The notes beneath the pieces were generated by a model. It ran no database searches, was not told the DNA's origin, and saw only the letters and a program-made list of their open reading frames with translations. From Octopus sinensis (lineage: Eukaryota), in assembly GCF_006345805.1 (NCBI RefSeq), contig NC_043004.1, forward strand, positions 67,890,001 to 67,954,000: a DNA stretch of 64,000 bases, read 5' to 3'. The position numbers were made by a program, and so were the translations under genes. Each line of letters begins with the position of its first letter. Position 1 is the first letter of the stretch. Of this stretch, positions 25,581 to 39,439 are shown one piece after another.

Positions 25581-27082
25581 TTTAATTCATCTTACCCTCA
25601 TTAAATTATTATAAATGACTTGAAATACTTTTCCCGCCTTGGTTTTTATTGTTCCTTTCTTCTAATGTGTGTGTGTATGTGTGTGTGTGTACACACGCTG
25701 CAAACACGCCCGTAAATTGGTAAATGAATGTGCTCTCTAAAGATTTTCCCTTTCTCACAGTTGAGATTACTTTCTAATTGCGTATTGCGTCCTGATTTGA
25801 ACTATGGTTTTCACAGATCTGTACTGGACACATGAAACACGAATATATGTTGGTTCATGTGTGCGCGTATATGCTTACTTCCTCATGCGCGCTTGTGTTT
25901 GTATGTGTTTTGCGTGTTTGACGTTTGTGCGTGTGTCTACGTATGTCTGTGTGTGTATAGGTGTTTGTTTGTAGCTGTGTGTGTGTGTGTGTGAGTATGT
26001 GTGTGTATTCTGAACAAGGAAGAACTTACATATTCCAAATTGAGCTATTTTGTAGTCCGACAATTTGCGCAAATGCGGGATGGGGGGAAGTTACCCAAGG
26101 ACCAGTTACAGGTGTTAAAACGGTGAGAGATGAATTATTTATGTCGCCTTTAGCGTATGATAGCACATTTTGAGATTAGACTAAAGCGATATTATCTGGC
26201 TGGAAAAAATATTTAAAAAGCCAGAACTGACACCAACGGATGTTGAATAAAAAAACAACGACTTCCAGAGAATAGAAAACCAAATTGAAATTCTTGTAAC
26301 AGATTTAGTTCAGTGCAATGTCGTTTATGCTATCAGTCTACCATCGTCTACGAGTTAAATAATAACTGATATTGACTTTGTTCAAAGTACTTATTATGTG
26401 ATAAAAAAAAAATTATTTCCGTTTTACATTTTTTTTTTGTCTGTTTGAAACGTTGATGTGCATGAAAATATTATTAGGGTGGGGAAACAAGGTGTCCATA
26501 TGTGTAGAGAGTGTGAGAGGATAGCGTTAAATACAATTTAAATGGAAAGGCAATTACATTTTGTCTAGACGACGGAGTGATATTCATAATTGTTAAAGAA
26601 CCAATAAAATACAAAAGACTTTCCTTGTGCTGCAGACTCACAGACGCAGAATAGATCAAGCCAATGCAAGAGTCTCCATATGGTTGCTCGTGATGCTAGA
26701 TATAAGAACTAAATATCCATCTATTAACAATTTACCTTATACAAAAATGAAGTAGATGCAATTTATGATATAATACTATATATATGAGTGAAGGCTTGTA
26801 CCCTATGTGTGTGGGTATTGTACTCGTGATCATAAGCAGTTGTTTTAGATTCCACAGCCAAATTGTAATTTGTGTTCTTGAGCGAAACTTCATTCACGTT
26901 GCTCACATCTACTTCATTTCACGTTGCTCACATCTACTCAACTGAAAATGAGTCACAGCAGTAGCAGCAGAGTACATTTGGTGACCGAACGGTGTACGAG
27001 TTTGAGCGACGTGTCCTAATCTCAGGAATCACGTTCAGTTCAAGGATTGTGAGTTTTTCGTCTTAAAACAGACCCAATTAAA

Positions 27083-27295
27083 TGAGGAGGTGCTGAAAAG
27101 TTCCTGGCTTTGGGTAAAAGGAAATACAGGAGGATCAGTTAAATACGATTTCATTCAACATATTCCCCTCTCAGATTCACACACTTTTCGCAGCGGTCCT
27201 TCAATTTTTCTAAGCTCTGTAAACGAATTCGGAATGTGGGCCTCCAACCAGGTTTTCCGCAACACCTTTAAACTGAGGAATTTTTCAATACATTA
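27083..27295 (-). mobile_element. Mariner-derived MITE (~210 bp), copy 1
   Basis: TIR gaggaggtgctgaaaagttcctggcttt with a decayed partner at about 27268-27295. The minus strand encodes KCVNLRGEYVE*, typical of a mariner C-terminus. Homologous to 62287-62500. Confidence 0.75.
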
Positions 27296-27639
27296 TGGAA
27301 TAGAAGTATAAAGACAGCAGAAGGTTATGGCTAGATTGCATTTGACCATAGACTGAACTGAGGCCAGAATTTAGAATAGTGTCCAGCCAGTACATCAGTT
27401 GGGGCTGTAGAGCTAAGAAAGGACCATGACGAGGCTAATCCCTTAGAAAAAATTTGTAGTATAGTTGCAACCGGTATTCTAGTTGCTTCATCTTACCTCT
27501 CTGAACATAGTTCCACACACAACACTCTCCCTCGCTCTCTCTCTCACTCTATCTCTATCTATCTCTCTCACTCTCTCCTTCCACATCTCTCTCTTTCTTT
27601 CAATCCTTACCTCTCACAGATACACACCTATATATATGT

Positions 27640-27725
27640 ACACACATGCACATATATCTTTGTATCTATCTATCTCGCTCTCTCTATATACATGCATATA
27701 TATATATATATATGCATATATATAT

Positions 27726-27775
<50 letters not shown>

Positions 27776-27891
27776 GGCATATACATGTATATATATATAT
27801 GCATATATTTATGTATATATATATGCTTATACATATGCGTATGCACATACATGTATATATATATAAATATTCATATATATATGTATGGTGC

Positions 27892-27930
<39 letters not shown>

Positions 27931-28070
27931 ACATGTATGTATGTATGTAAGTATGTATGTACGCATGTATGTATGTATGTATGTATGTAAGTATGTATGT
28001 ATGTATGTACGCATGTATGTATGTATGTATGTATGTATGTATGTATGTACGCATGTATGTATGTATGTAT
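27640..28070. repeat. (TA)n/(ATGT)n compound microsatellite
   Basis: Directly visible. Confidence 0.95.
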
Positions 28071-28605
28071 AAGGGGGTTATATTGTTCTTTTAAATTACA
28101 TTTTTCACTGAGTGCTTTCCCCGTTCGCGAAGTAGCTAAAACTAAACACATTGCTGTAGTTTTCACGTTGCATCTTTACTTTTTCATTTCACTGTAAAGA
28201 GAAGCTGGTTGGCAGTTCTTCACTCTCCCTCAGACAGTTTCCATGAATATTCTCGTGAATTCAAGAAACAGGTCATAGCAAATTATTCGAGTATATTTAC
28301 TTTCTATTTACTTTTTACGATTACTTTTGGAATTTAAATCGAAAATTAGATTTAATCTTAAATTAAATCTGCTATCCTAGAAATTCCTGTTTTTTTTTTT
28401 ACATTTCTGTTTCTACAGTCTCCTAACACAGTTTTGTCTTTCCCTTATGCCGCAATTCCTACAACATCTGCGACGTCTATCACATGTACATGTATTAACA
28501 TACTGAATATATTTAAAAGCATTCAAATTTCGCTTATGTACGTAGCTACTACTGGAAACATCACCATGTTATCAAGCTTCTGGATATAATCATGCGCAGC
28601 AAATA

Positions 28606-28762
28606 GGCGCTGGCATGGCTGCGTAGTTAAGAAGGGCGATTACCAGTCTAGTGGTTTAGGTTTCAGTCCCAACGCACTGCATCTTGGTCAAGTTCATTCT
28701 ACTATATATACAGGTTGGTAAATATTTTGTGAATGAATTTGGTAGACAAATCCCGTCATATA

Positions 28763-28798
<36 letters not shown>

Positions 28799-28995
28799 TG
28801 TATATATGAGTGTGTGTATGTATGTATGTATATATATATGTGTGTGAATGTGTGAGGTGTTGTATTTGTATCCTCACGAGCGCATTACAACCAGCGGTTT
28901 TGGTTTGCTTACATCCACCAGAATTAGCGGTTCGGTAAAAGAAACTAATAGGATAATCTACAAATATTTTACAAATAAATATTATTTGTTCGTCT
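28606..28995 (+). mobile_element. Degenerate SINE family A
   Basis: ggcgctggcatggctgcgtagttaagaag...ggtttcagtccc...catcttggtcaagt...gaatttggtagac...ttagcggttcggtaaaagaaactaatagg. Confidence 0.75.
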
Positions 28996-31845
28996 GGGCT
29001 ATTGAAGGTCGTGTCGCAGCATTACCACAATGCAATGTCTGGAACAATTATGCAATAAGGAATACGTGATCAAACACGGGACAAAAGGAAAATAATTCTC
29101 ATTTTCGATAACATTTTCTCTATGAGGAAGTCGAAGACTTTTGCGATTGCATTTTCTAATATGTTATAGAGCGCTTCTATGGGTCAAGTCTGACCACGTT
29201 TCTGGACATATATTTGCGGGCCTGGAAAATCATATTGGTGGAAGAATGCTACCCATGGATGCAAGTTTTCTGTTTCGAAATTACTGGAAAATCATGTTGG
29301 TGAAAGAATGAAATTTACCCTTGCATGTAGGTCTTCTGTCTCCATATTACCCCTATGTGTAACCAAGGGAATAGCACCGACTTGACATAGTATAGATTAC
29401 TTTATTAAATCATGCATGGCCGAACATAGAGGGGACAATACAATATAGCATTTTTCTTTTCAAAACCGATCAATGGGGATCGAAAACGCTTTGGGAAGTG
29501 TACACAAGGAGATAACAAGGTAATGTTTTAACAACAGAAATTCCCAAACAGGGGAAAAAATATAATACTGACTAGAGGTATCACTGGAAAGAAAAACTTA
29601 TGAAAAAACCTCGGTTACCTCGGACAAATATGAGTGCAGAGCGCTTATTCTCTTCTTGCCTTATAGGATGATGCTCAATAGGTGTCTCTATCGCCGAAAA
29701 CATTACAGTTAGGATGCAAAAAAAGTAGAGTAGACACTGCACAGTGTCATGCTCGTTAAAAAAAAATCCTATCTTGGTTTGGTATTTTTTCTTCAACCGC
29801 AAAATAGTGAAACGGAAAGCTAGTCTATCCAATATTTCAGTTACGAATGGAAAGTGCTAGTTGTAATATCGGTCGGCATTATATTAAACGCTCTAACGAG
29901 CTATCTCAGCCATTTCAATGAAGTGAGATGTGAAGGATTTATTATTTATAATTTCCCCCAATTTATCATTTGTGATTAGGAGTGAATAACCTTAATAAGC
30001 TCTATAATATCATTTGTGATATGAGGCATGGAGAGTTTTACTTTCCGGGCTCTAGCGCTCTGATGAGTGCCAAGAAGATATGAAAGACGCTAGTTTCATT
30101 GCCTTGACTTCGAATTACTGACATCTTCCTAAGTCTGTATCTATTTATACGAAGGTGAAGTGCTCGAACTGTTACATTCTGGTTCCCTTGTAGGGTTTGT
30201 ATTCCACATTTCTAAGTTAACGTTTCACTCACAATTGATTGGTGAACGTTTATTTTCCTAACTTACTATAACAAAACTGGGATATGTTATATTTGATTTA
30301 ATGACACCCATGCAGTTATTTCTAATATTGCAAATAACATGTTTATAATTTCATTGTGGATATTTTTATAACAATTTTATTTAGCGTCATTAAAATATTC
30401 ACTGAATATTCACAGACATTAAAATCCATAATGCAAATATGCATGATTTGTAAAGTGATGAAGCCGGTCCGGCAAATTACCACTTTGTGCCTAATTTAAA
30501 TAATGATTACTTATACGTTCCACATCACACATAGATTTTTAAAATGTGTGGCGAATCAGCGGTGAGAACTTCAAGAGAATCATCAATAATTCTCTGTCTG
30601 CGAGATATACTTACATCTGATTACATTTATTTACGTTCCACTGCGGAAATATCATGAAATGCAGGCTAACTATTTTAGATCTATCTTATAGTATCCATAG
30701 ATGACGTGCATAAAATAACGCTTAAAGATTTAATCAAGCCTATGCCAAATGCATGATAATGAAATTTCTATGTCTCTGCTGTCTTATCATTAATATCTGA
30801 CTAAATAAGAATTGCTGCCATGCTTTTCTCATAGTAATGCGATGATTGCTTTCTATCTGATGAGAGACAACTCAGAAATGAAACTTGTTGCAATTGTCTC
30901 CCTAATTATCCGTGTGCAAGGAGGTTAATAATATGTTTTTTTATTTTCTTCCATTGGTGTCATAAGCTTTATCAATATTGAATTTTCCTTTCCAAACATT
31001 TTGCAAGCGATTTCAAATTAAACGCTACCGGTTTCAACAAAGATAGTTTTATCTAACCAAGCTAAATAGCCTCTGATATTACAAATATGAGATCACCACG
31101 AATTGAAGGAATTTACTCCATACAGATATACTTAGGGTTAAGCAACAATTATATTATCATAATCAACAACAAGTCACCAGTAAATAATTACACATATTAT
31201 AAATTCTAACTAGAGAATTATCAACAATCTGAATTAGAAAGGCTTCAAAATACGGAAGCACGTAAACACAACAATAAATGAATATAAGATATTAAAACGC
31301 GATCCAATTACTGGAAGTCCATTCTTAATAATCCATCCTGATATGGATACAATCTACACAACCGAAAGAATAATAACACAATTGTTCACGGTATTAAACA
31401 TAGGTGTATGCATAATACACCTATGCATGAGCTGATTAGAAAGCATTTTAAAACAAAGAAGGCAATGTCGTCTGTCCAAATTATCGACAAGCGTCTGCGT
31501 TTGCAAATGACTAAGTAAGCTAAACTCTAGATAGTTGTCTTTTTTTATGCTTGCAATTACTTATGCGAGATCTAATGTGAGTGGCATTTATGTGGTTGAA
31601 TGAGTTGATTAAAATAATGACCAAATTTCTCAGGAATCTCTAATAAAATCAATGGGCATCCCGAAATATAATAATATCTAATGTGGAAGTATTGAAACAT
31701 AATCTGCGCTTTTCACTCACAGGAAAAAGAACTCGCCACATAGAAAACTGAAATATAAACCTAGGGTTCTCTCCCAGTGAGAAGAACATTTACCCCATCT
31801 CTCATCTCATGCTGACCATTCGCTCTCTCTCTCTCTCTCTCTCTG

Positions 31846-31876
<31 letters not shown>

Positions 31877-32319
31877 TTTCTCTTACTCTATAAACAACCA
31901 TAACAGCAGCAGGAGTTCCCTACCAATATTATATATACCCACACGCATTCCATAATTTTCTGCATTATATACTCACATAGAGGCGCTCAGATGCGCACAT
32001 GTATTTAAGTGGCTGTCTGTTTATACAGGCAAATACAATTGTATAGGTACATATGCATGAGTGTTCGTTAGACATACATATATATACGTTTCTATATATA
32101 CGTATTTATGTATTTATTATCCAATCACAGTAACATTTACTCTGCATGAAACAATGGAATGTCAGCTCCTCTTGCTAGTAATTCGACCCATTAGATAATT
32201 CTTCCACTCATTCTTTGAAAACAATTGTTTTACCCGGAAAAATTATCGTTGATATAATTTTCATAGATTACATGAGAAAATTCTACCCATAACTGGTCTA
32301 CCACAAAACCTTTTCTGTG

Positions 32320-33178
32320 CGAGGTCTGATCAATAAGTATTTTGTCTGTTACGATAATAACGAAACTAAAGAACGCAGAGTACAGCCGCTTGGCAAAGAT
32401 AGATGTTAAACTTTGTTGTCCATGTCCAATAAGTTTTAGCTCGCTTCTGCTGTTTACAGCAGTGCTCCGAAGGGAGTTGTGTAGCGTGTGATCGTCGCAT
32501 TGACAATGACAGAGAAGGATGTCATGGCGATACCTGCTCAGAGGCCTACGCAAAGTTGCAGAAAGAGTATGGAGAGGAGTGTATATCCCGCACACAAGCG
32601 TACGATTGGTTCAGACGTTTCGAAAACGGCTGGAAAAATGTCGATATTGACGAACGTTCTGGATGACCCACAACCAGCAGAACTGAGAACAACATCGCAT
32701 ATGTGTGTGCAGCTGTGAGGGAAATCGTCAAATCCTCATCTGTAAGTTATCAGAAGATTTACACATTAGTTACGGTTCATTACACTACATTAATACTGAA
32801 GATTTGGGTATGAAACGCGCGTCCACCAAGTTTGTGCTAAAACTGCTTTCAACTCACAAAAATGACACTCGGGTGTCGACAACGAGGAAAAACTTTTGAA
32901 AACGTTGCGTAGGGCTCTTAGCAAGTATTGCGAAGCTTTTGGCAAAATTTCATGAAAATTCTCTACTCAACTTTCTTTGTCATTTTGAAGGCGTCGATCA
33001 TACGCTACACACGTTCCTTCCAAGCAATGCTGCTTGAGAGTGGAAGTAAGCTAGAACATTAAAACTCAATGTGCATGCACAGCAGAGTTCAAGGTCAACC
33101 TGTGTCAAGCGGCTTCAGTCTGCATTCTTTAGCTTCATTATCATGGCAACACTCCGGAAATTTATTGATCAGACCTCG
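32320..33178 (+). mobile_element. Internally deleted mariner transposon with TIRs and N-terminal transposase remnant
   Basis: TIRs cgaggtctgatcaataa / ttattgatcagacctcg, right side followed by TA. Manual translation gives SEAYAKLQKEYGEECISRTQAYDWFRRFENG..DERSG*PTTSRTENNI and LGMKRASTKFVLKLL (decayed WVPKLL). Confidence 0.9.
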
Positions 33179-33880
33179 TATATATATATATATATCAATT
33201 CTGTGCACATAAAGAAGTGTAAAGTTTCTCATAAGATAATATGTTTATAGACATATATTAGCATAGGAAAATCATATAAAATTGCCATCGGTTATGATTT
33301 TTTTTTTGTTTAAGATAAAAGTACAAGGCAAACATCTTTTATATATACATATGTGGCGAACAAGTTATGAAAAGTATGAGTAACGTTCATCTCAATATAT
33401 TTATATATTTATATGTAAGTGCACTTGCACTTAGGTTCCACGCGCGTACGTGCTCACACACAGACACACACAAAGATACACACACACATATATATTCTGT
33501 AAAAGATAATAATACTTTATAAGCTTAAAGCTTATGAGTGATAACCGTGTAATGACTAAAGAAAATAGTCGAATTTGGGGCATAGAAGCCCCAGAGGAAA
33601 GAACGCAGGGTTTCCACGGAAACCAATATTGCACTATTTTTATTAGTCATTACAAGCTGATCGCTTATAAGGTTTGAGCTTAAGAAATATTATTATTAGC
33701 ATTTCCAGAATTGTAGATGTCGACACTGCTTACGAAAAACCATCGCATATTTATAAATGTGTATGTGTATGTGTGTGTGTGTGTGTGTTTGTGCGTGTAT
33801 TTGTGTATGTGTGTATGTGTGTATGTGTGTATGTGTCCATAAGAATGTGTATATGTTTGTCAATATATAGATATGAGGTT

Positions 33881-34450
33881 AAGTCGGTGAGCTGGTTGAA
33901 ACGTTAGTACGCCGACGAAATGCGTAGCCGTATTTCGTCTGCCGTTACGTTCTGAGTTCAAATTCCGCCGAAGTCGACTTTGCCTTTCATCCTTTCGGGG
34001 TCTATTAAATAAGTACCATTTACGTTCTGGGGTCGAAGTAATCGACTTAATCCGTTTGTCTGTCCTTGTTTGTCCCTTCTGTATTTAGCCCCTTGTGGGT
34101 AGTAAAGAAATAGGTATTTCATCTGCTGCTATGTTCTGAGTTCAAATTCCCCCGAGGTCGACTTTGCCTTTCAACTTTTCGGGGTCGATAAATTAAGTAC
34201 CAGTTACGCACTGGTGTTGATATAATCGACTTAATCCATTTCTCTGTGCTTGTTTGTCCCCTCTGTGTTTAGCTCCTTGTGGGCAATAAAGAAATAAGAA
34301 ATATGGCGGCGAGTTGACATAATTATTAAAACTCCAGGCAAATTCCCTTCGCAGCATTTCGTCAATCCTCACTTTCTGAGTTCAAAATCTGCCGAAGTCA
34401 ACATTACCTTTCATGCGCTTGGCGGATCGATACAACATTTAACAGCTGAA
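33881..34450 (+). mobile_element. SINE family B: headed copy, headless 184-bp tandem unit, then a degenerate copy
   Basis: gtatttc unit starts at 33930 and 34114; a third diverged head at about 34305. Confidence 0.9.
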
Positions 34451-34689
34451 TGCATGAGTCCATATCATCGACTTATCTTGCTTCCCTGAAATTTGAAACC
34501 AATATACATGAATGTGAGTGTGATTGTGTGTGTGTATGCGAGGGAGAGAGAGAGAGAGAGAGGGGGGGGGTGTATATATATGATGGCAGCTCAGGAAATA
34601 ATTTTATATTTGAAATCGACTTCATATTGAAAATATCAGTTCGATAAGTAGACCTTCGCGAAAGATTGATGTCACCGTTACTTCTTTCA

Positions 34690-34735
34690 ACACACACACA
34701 TACACACGCACACAAACACACGCACATACACACAT

Positions 34736-34771
<36 letters not shown>

Positions 34772-34946
34772 GTGTATATATATATATATAGGTGTATATA
34801 TATATATGTATATATATATACGTTATATATGTGTATATATATGTATATATATATACGTTTATATATGTGTATATATATGCATATATATACATGTATATAT
34901 ATATGTATATATATATATATGCATATATATATGTACATGTATATAT

Positions 34947-34999
<53 letters not shown>

Positions 35000-35015
35000 A
35001 TATATACATATATAT
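34690..35015. repeat. (CA)n/(TA)n microsatellite
   Basis: Directly visible. Confidence 0.95.
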
Positions 35016-36069
35016 ATCGTTGTATATGCAAGATATAAATGTTGGTGCGTTGCTACAACAGGATCAGATAATAGAAGACAGTCTAAAATATCAGTCACTC
35101 AATGAAGATTCTAAAGGATGAACAAATATGGACATGACGAAGTGTTAGTCGTGGATACAGGAAACATGAAAGTGTAATTAATAACTATTATCCAATATAG
35201 TGCCCTTTCCTTGTCTACATAATATATACATATTTATATATATACATGTGTGTGTGTGTGTAAGTATATGTTTGTCTTTACATATAAAGGATTGCAGAAG
35301 GGGAGACGAAAGAGAGAGATAGGCTCACGCAGACACAGAGAGACAAAGAGATACAATGATACGATGAAATAGGAGAGATAATATAAAGGGATGCGAGAAT
35401 GTTTGTTTAGCTAGATCCTCGGCGTTTATTATCGATAAGGTGTCAAAGAGTATAAATAGAGATGTTATTCGATACAGCTTTATTTCAAAGACGTGGAATT
35501 CATTGGTTCGTAACACCAATATCAAATAAATTGCAAAACTGATGACTTGTAATAAATTCTCAAAGAATCAAAACCCATTATGGTATCACCATGGTGAATG
35601 AAAGAGTAGAAACGTTGTTTTTCTTTCATACAGCCTTTTCTTTGTCTACGTTTTAGATGAAGAAATATAAAAGAACACACATATACAAACACACACGCAC
35701 ATATATGTATATATGTATATATATATGTATATACACACAGACATACATACCTATGTGTGTGTGTGGAATGTATAAATTATATGATAAAGAAATATAGAAA
35801 AGAATATAATAATGATTCAAACAAACACCAACAAATTATCTATCGATTGTATTTCTCTGTTTCTGTTATATATTTATTTATTTCTGTATTTTTGTGAGAT
35901 TGTGTGTTATTTGATCATTGCAAACAGAAAATCTTTGAAAATGCCAATTTTTGAAGGAATTTCCTTTGTTGGAATTAAAGTATTTATTCTTTGCCAGCCA
36001 TTCTTTCGTTTATGTCCTCTCTAACACTTCCTACCATTCAGCACCGCTCTTTCCTACTCACACTCTTCT

Positions 36070-36127
<58 letters not shown>

Positions 36128-36350
36128 TTGTCTTACTCTCCCCCTTTATTACCCATTTTATTTATTTATATATAAATATATATATATGAATGTGTGTGTG
36201 CCTCCTGTTTAATTTCTCTGTCTAAAACATCCCAGACAACTGGCTCGAAGAAAGAATCATACACTTATATTCGTGTATGTGATTAAGAGAAATAAAATAT
36301 GTATTCGTGTATATATATATATGTATGTATGTATACATGTATTATGTTGA

Positions 36351-36406
<56 letters not shown>

Positions 36407-36437
36407 TTGTATGTATGTATATGGAGAATTATAAAAC

Positions 36438-36474
<37 letters not shown>

Positions 36475-36508
36475 AATATGCGTATGTGTATATTTGCGTG
36501 TTTTATTT

Positions 36509-36542
<34 letters not shown>

Positions 36543-37379
36543 CACAGACAGAGAGAGACAGAGGCAGACAGACATACAGACAGACATACATAGACAGAGA
36601 GAGAGGGAGAGTGTGAGAGATAGATACTTAGATAAATCGATAGATAGATAGCCAAATGTATATGTGTGCATATACATGTAAATATATATATGTATGCGTG
36701 TTTCTGTGCGTGCGCGCATACATGTGCGTGAGTGTACATCCACGTGTGGATAAGTATGTGTTTGTGTATACACATAAAATATCGATGTGTACTTTCTGGA
36801 GGACACATTTCCGTTTCTCTTGTACTCTTGTAAAGATCTCTGTCGTTCTCCAGCATTCCTTTCTACGTAGTTCCCCTCTCACCCCTTCTGACTATATATA
36901 TGTCTGCCTCTCTCGTCGTCCTCCGCATTCCTCTCTTTTCCCCCTCACTTAAATTTCTCCTGCCCTCTCTATCTCATTCTCTATCTATCTCCGGTTATTT
37001 CTGTCTTTTCTCCTATCTCTTTTCCTCTCCGTTCCTATTTCATTTTCTCCACTTCTGCCTACACTCCTGCTATCTTTTTCACTCCCTACATCCCTCCATT
37101 TGCTTCCAAATAGCTTCGTCCTCTCACATAGCCTTTTCACACAGAATCCCTTTCTGCATCTCATTAGCAATTTCTCAAACTTCCCGTCAAACTTCATTCA
37201 CTCAACTCAAACCTCTCCTCTCCATATTTATATCATTCAATCATGTTCAGTTGTTTGTGTTGTTCTTCTTGTTATGGCTAATTGTTATTGTTGCATTGAC
37301 TGTTAATAATTCCTTCTTCTCGTTGTTACCGTATACACAATTGCACACAAACACACACACACAACGTCACAAAGGTATT

Positions 37380-37427
<48 letters not shown>

Positions 37428-37844
37428 ATACATATATATAATTGTACATATACACGCACACACATATATATATATATTCATATATACACACATAGATTGT
37501 ATATATATATATTATATTTATATATGTGTGTATATATATACATACACACGCCACTTAGATTTCTTCACTCTCGTCACATTTGTCTGTTGAGCAGACCTAG
37601 GATCAAAGGCTCACCATGTACGACAATCTCACGCTTCTCTCATTTAACATTGTGTATCGAGAACTAAAATTTCTCACTCCTTTTCTAAGGCAGTAGTGCA
37701 CAATTCCACATATATCTGCCTGTTGTTTCAAGCATCTAGGGACCGTATATGAGTTTCGCCTATGGATGCACTGTCATTATTTTCGTTGTTGGTGGTCTTC
37801 CTATGTTATTTGGTGAAATGTTGCGCTTTTACTCTTTATTCTTT

Positions 37845-38492
37845 TCTCTCTTACTTGTTTCAGTCATTTGACTACGGCCATGCTGGAGCAGCGCCTTTAA
37901 TCGTGCAACTCGACCCCGGGACTTATTCTTTGTAAGCCCAATACTTATTCTATCGCTCTCTTTTTGCCGAACCGCTAAGTGACGGGGACATAAACACACC
38001 GGCATCGGTTGTCAAGCGATGCTGGATGGGACAAACACAGGCACACAAACAAACACACACACACACACACATATATATTACTCTTTTACTCTTTTACTTG
38101 TTTCAGTCATTTGACTGCGGCCATGCTGGAGCACCGCCTTTAGTCGAGGAAATCGACCCGGGGACTTATTCTTTGTAAGCCCAGTACTTAATCTATCGGT
38201 CTCTTTTGCCGAACCGCTAATGACGGGGACGTAAACACACCAGCATCGGTTGTCAAGCAATGCTAGGGGGACAAACACAGACACACAAACATACACACGC
38301 ACACATATACATATATACATATATACGACGGGCTTCTTTCAGTTTCCGTCTACCGAATCCACTCACAAGGCTTTGGTCGGTCCGAGGCAATAGTAGAAGA
38401 CACCTGAACAAGGTGCCACGCAGTGGGACTGAACCCGGAACCATGTGGTTGGGAAGCAAGCTTCTTACCACACACCCACGCCTACACCAATA

Positions 38493-38558
<66 letters not shown>

Positions 38559-38569
38559 ATATATATAAT

Positions 38570-38603
<34 letters not shown>

Positions 38604-38735
38604 CATACATATACACATATACACATATACGACGGGCTTCTTTCACAAGGCTTTGGTTGGCCCGAGGCTATAGTAGAAGGCACTTAGCCAAGGTGCCACG
38701 CAGTGGAACTGAACCCGGCTGGTAAGCAAGCTACT
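37845..38735 (-). mobile_element. SINE family A cluster: 3' half (37845-38060), full copy (38079-38490), 5' partial (38628-38735)
   Basis: Repeated cagtcatttgact.cggccatgctggagca and cgacgggcttctttca...gtgccacgcagtgg modules. Confidence 0.92.
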
Positions 38736-39439
38736 TTATTTTATTTTATCAAATTTGCCATAAAGATTGGGTAGCTTTGCGGGCTGGACAAACACATTAA
38801 TGAATGAAAATGAAATAAAATGAATAAACCCAACACCCGCCGATCGGATATTTTAAAAATCAATATGAGGTTTCAAACCTCTTACAAGAAGGAGGCACTA
38901 AAACCTCTTACTTAACATGTTTTTTTTAAAACACAAAATTGAGGTTATAAGCCACTACAAATGATACGATAAGATGAGGTTTCAAACCCAATATATCCAT
39001 CATTATATTCAATGCTGCTTGAGCTCCTGTATCCCGCCATTTCCCATGCCTCACTTATGCAGGACATGTAAGTCATGTAAGGGCCACCCGGCAATATACG
39101 ACACTCCTCCCCATATCCTTTCCCACGAGGGAAACCTACTTACCATACAGCCACTTACCATATTTTGAATTATATATATATACTTACCATACAGCCACTC
39201 CCGCGCTTTCTCTTTTATATCTAATTTTTTGTGTGTGGGGTTATATACATTCTTTTTTATATTTGCTGTTTTCATGATGACGTTGGTAGCTGTTGCTTCT
39301 GTTCTGGTGTCTGTCGCTCCTTAGTTACGTTTGTGTTGTTATTTGTGTTGGCTACTACGCATGCGTGAATGCAAGAACGTTTATTGGTTTGCGGGTTGTT
39401 GCCTATAGATGTCGCTGCATTTTATTTGTTACCATTGTC

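Larger units (their letters stand above)
25276..25619. mobile_element. ~340-bp foldback of a hammerhead-bearing repeat (inverted pLTR-like pair)
   Basis: Arms 25276-25440 and 25451-25619 are diverged reverse complements with local gaps (e.g. gtacactgagtattcc.tcatcagaga.aagg). Confidence 0.8.

Noticed and set aside
26630-26750. RIDQANAR peptide resembling a SNAP-23/25 C-terminus
   Set aside because: Only about 8 residues match, the following sequence does not fit a SNARE helix end, and no other exons were found.
35130-35175. aTGACGA...GGAAAcatg motif
   Set aside because: The core is incomplete (C3 missing) and the stems are not supported.
36900-37667. 255-aa hydrophobic ORF
   Set aside because: Pyrimidine-rich low-complexity DNA plus a TA tract; the composition explains the lack of stops, and there is no domain.
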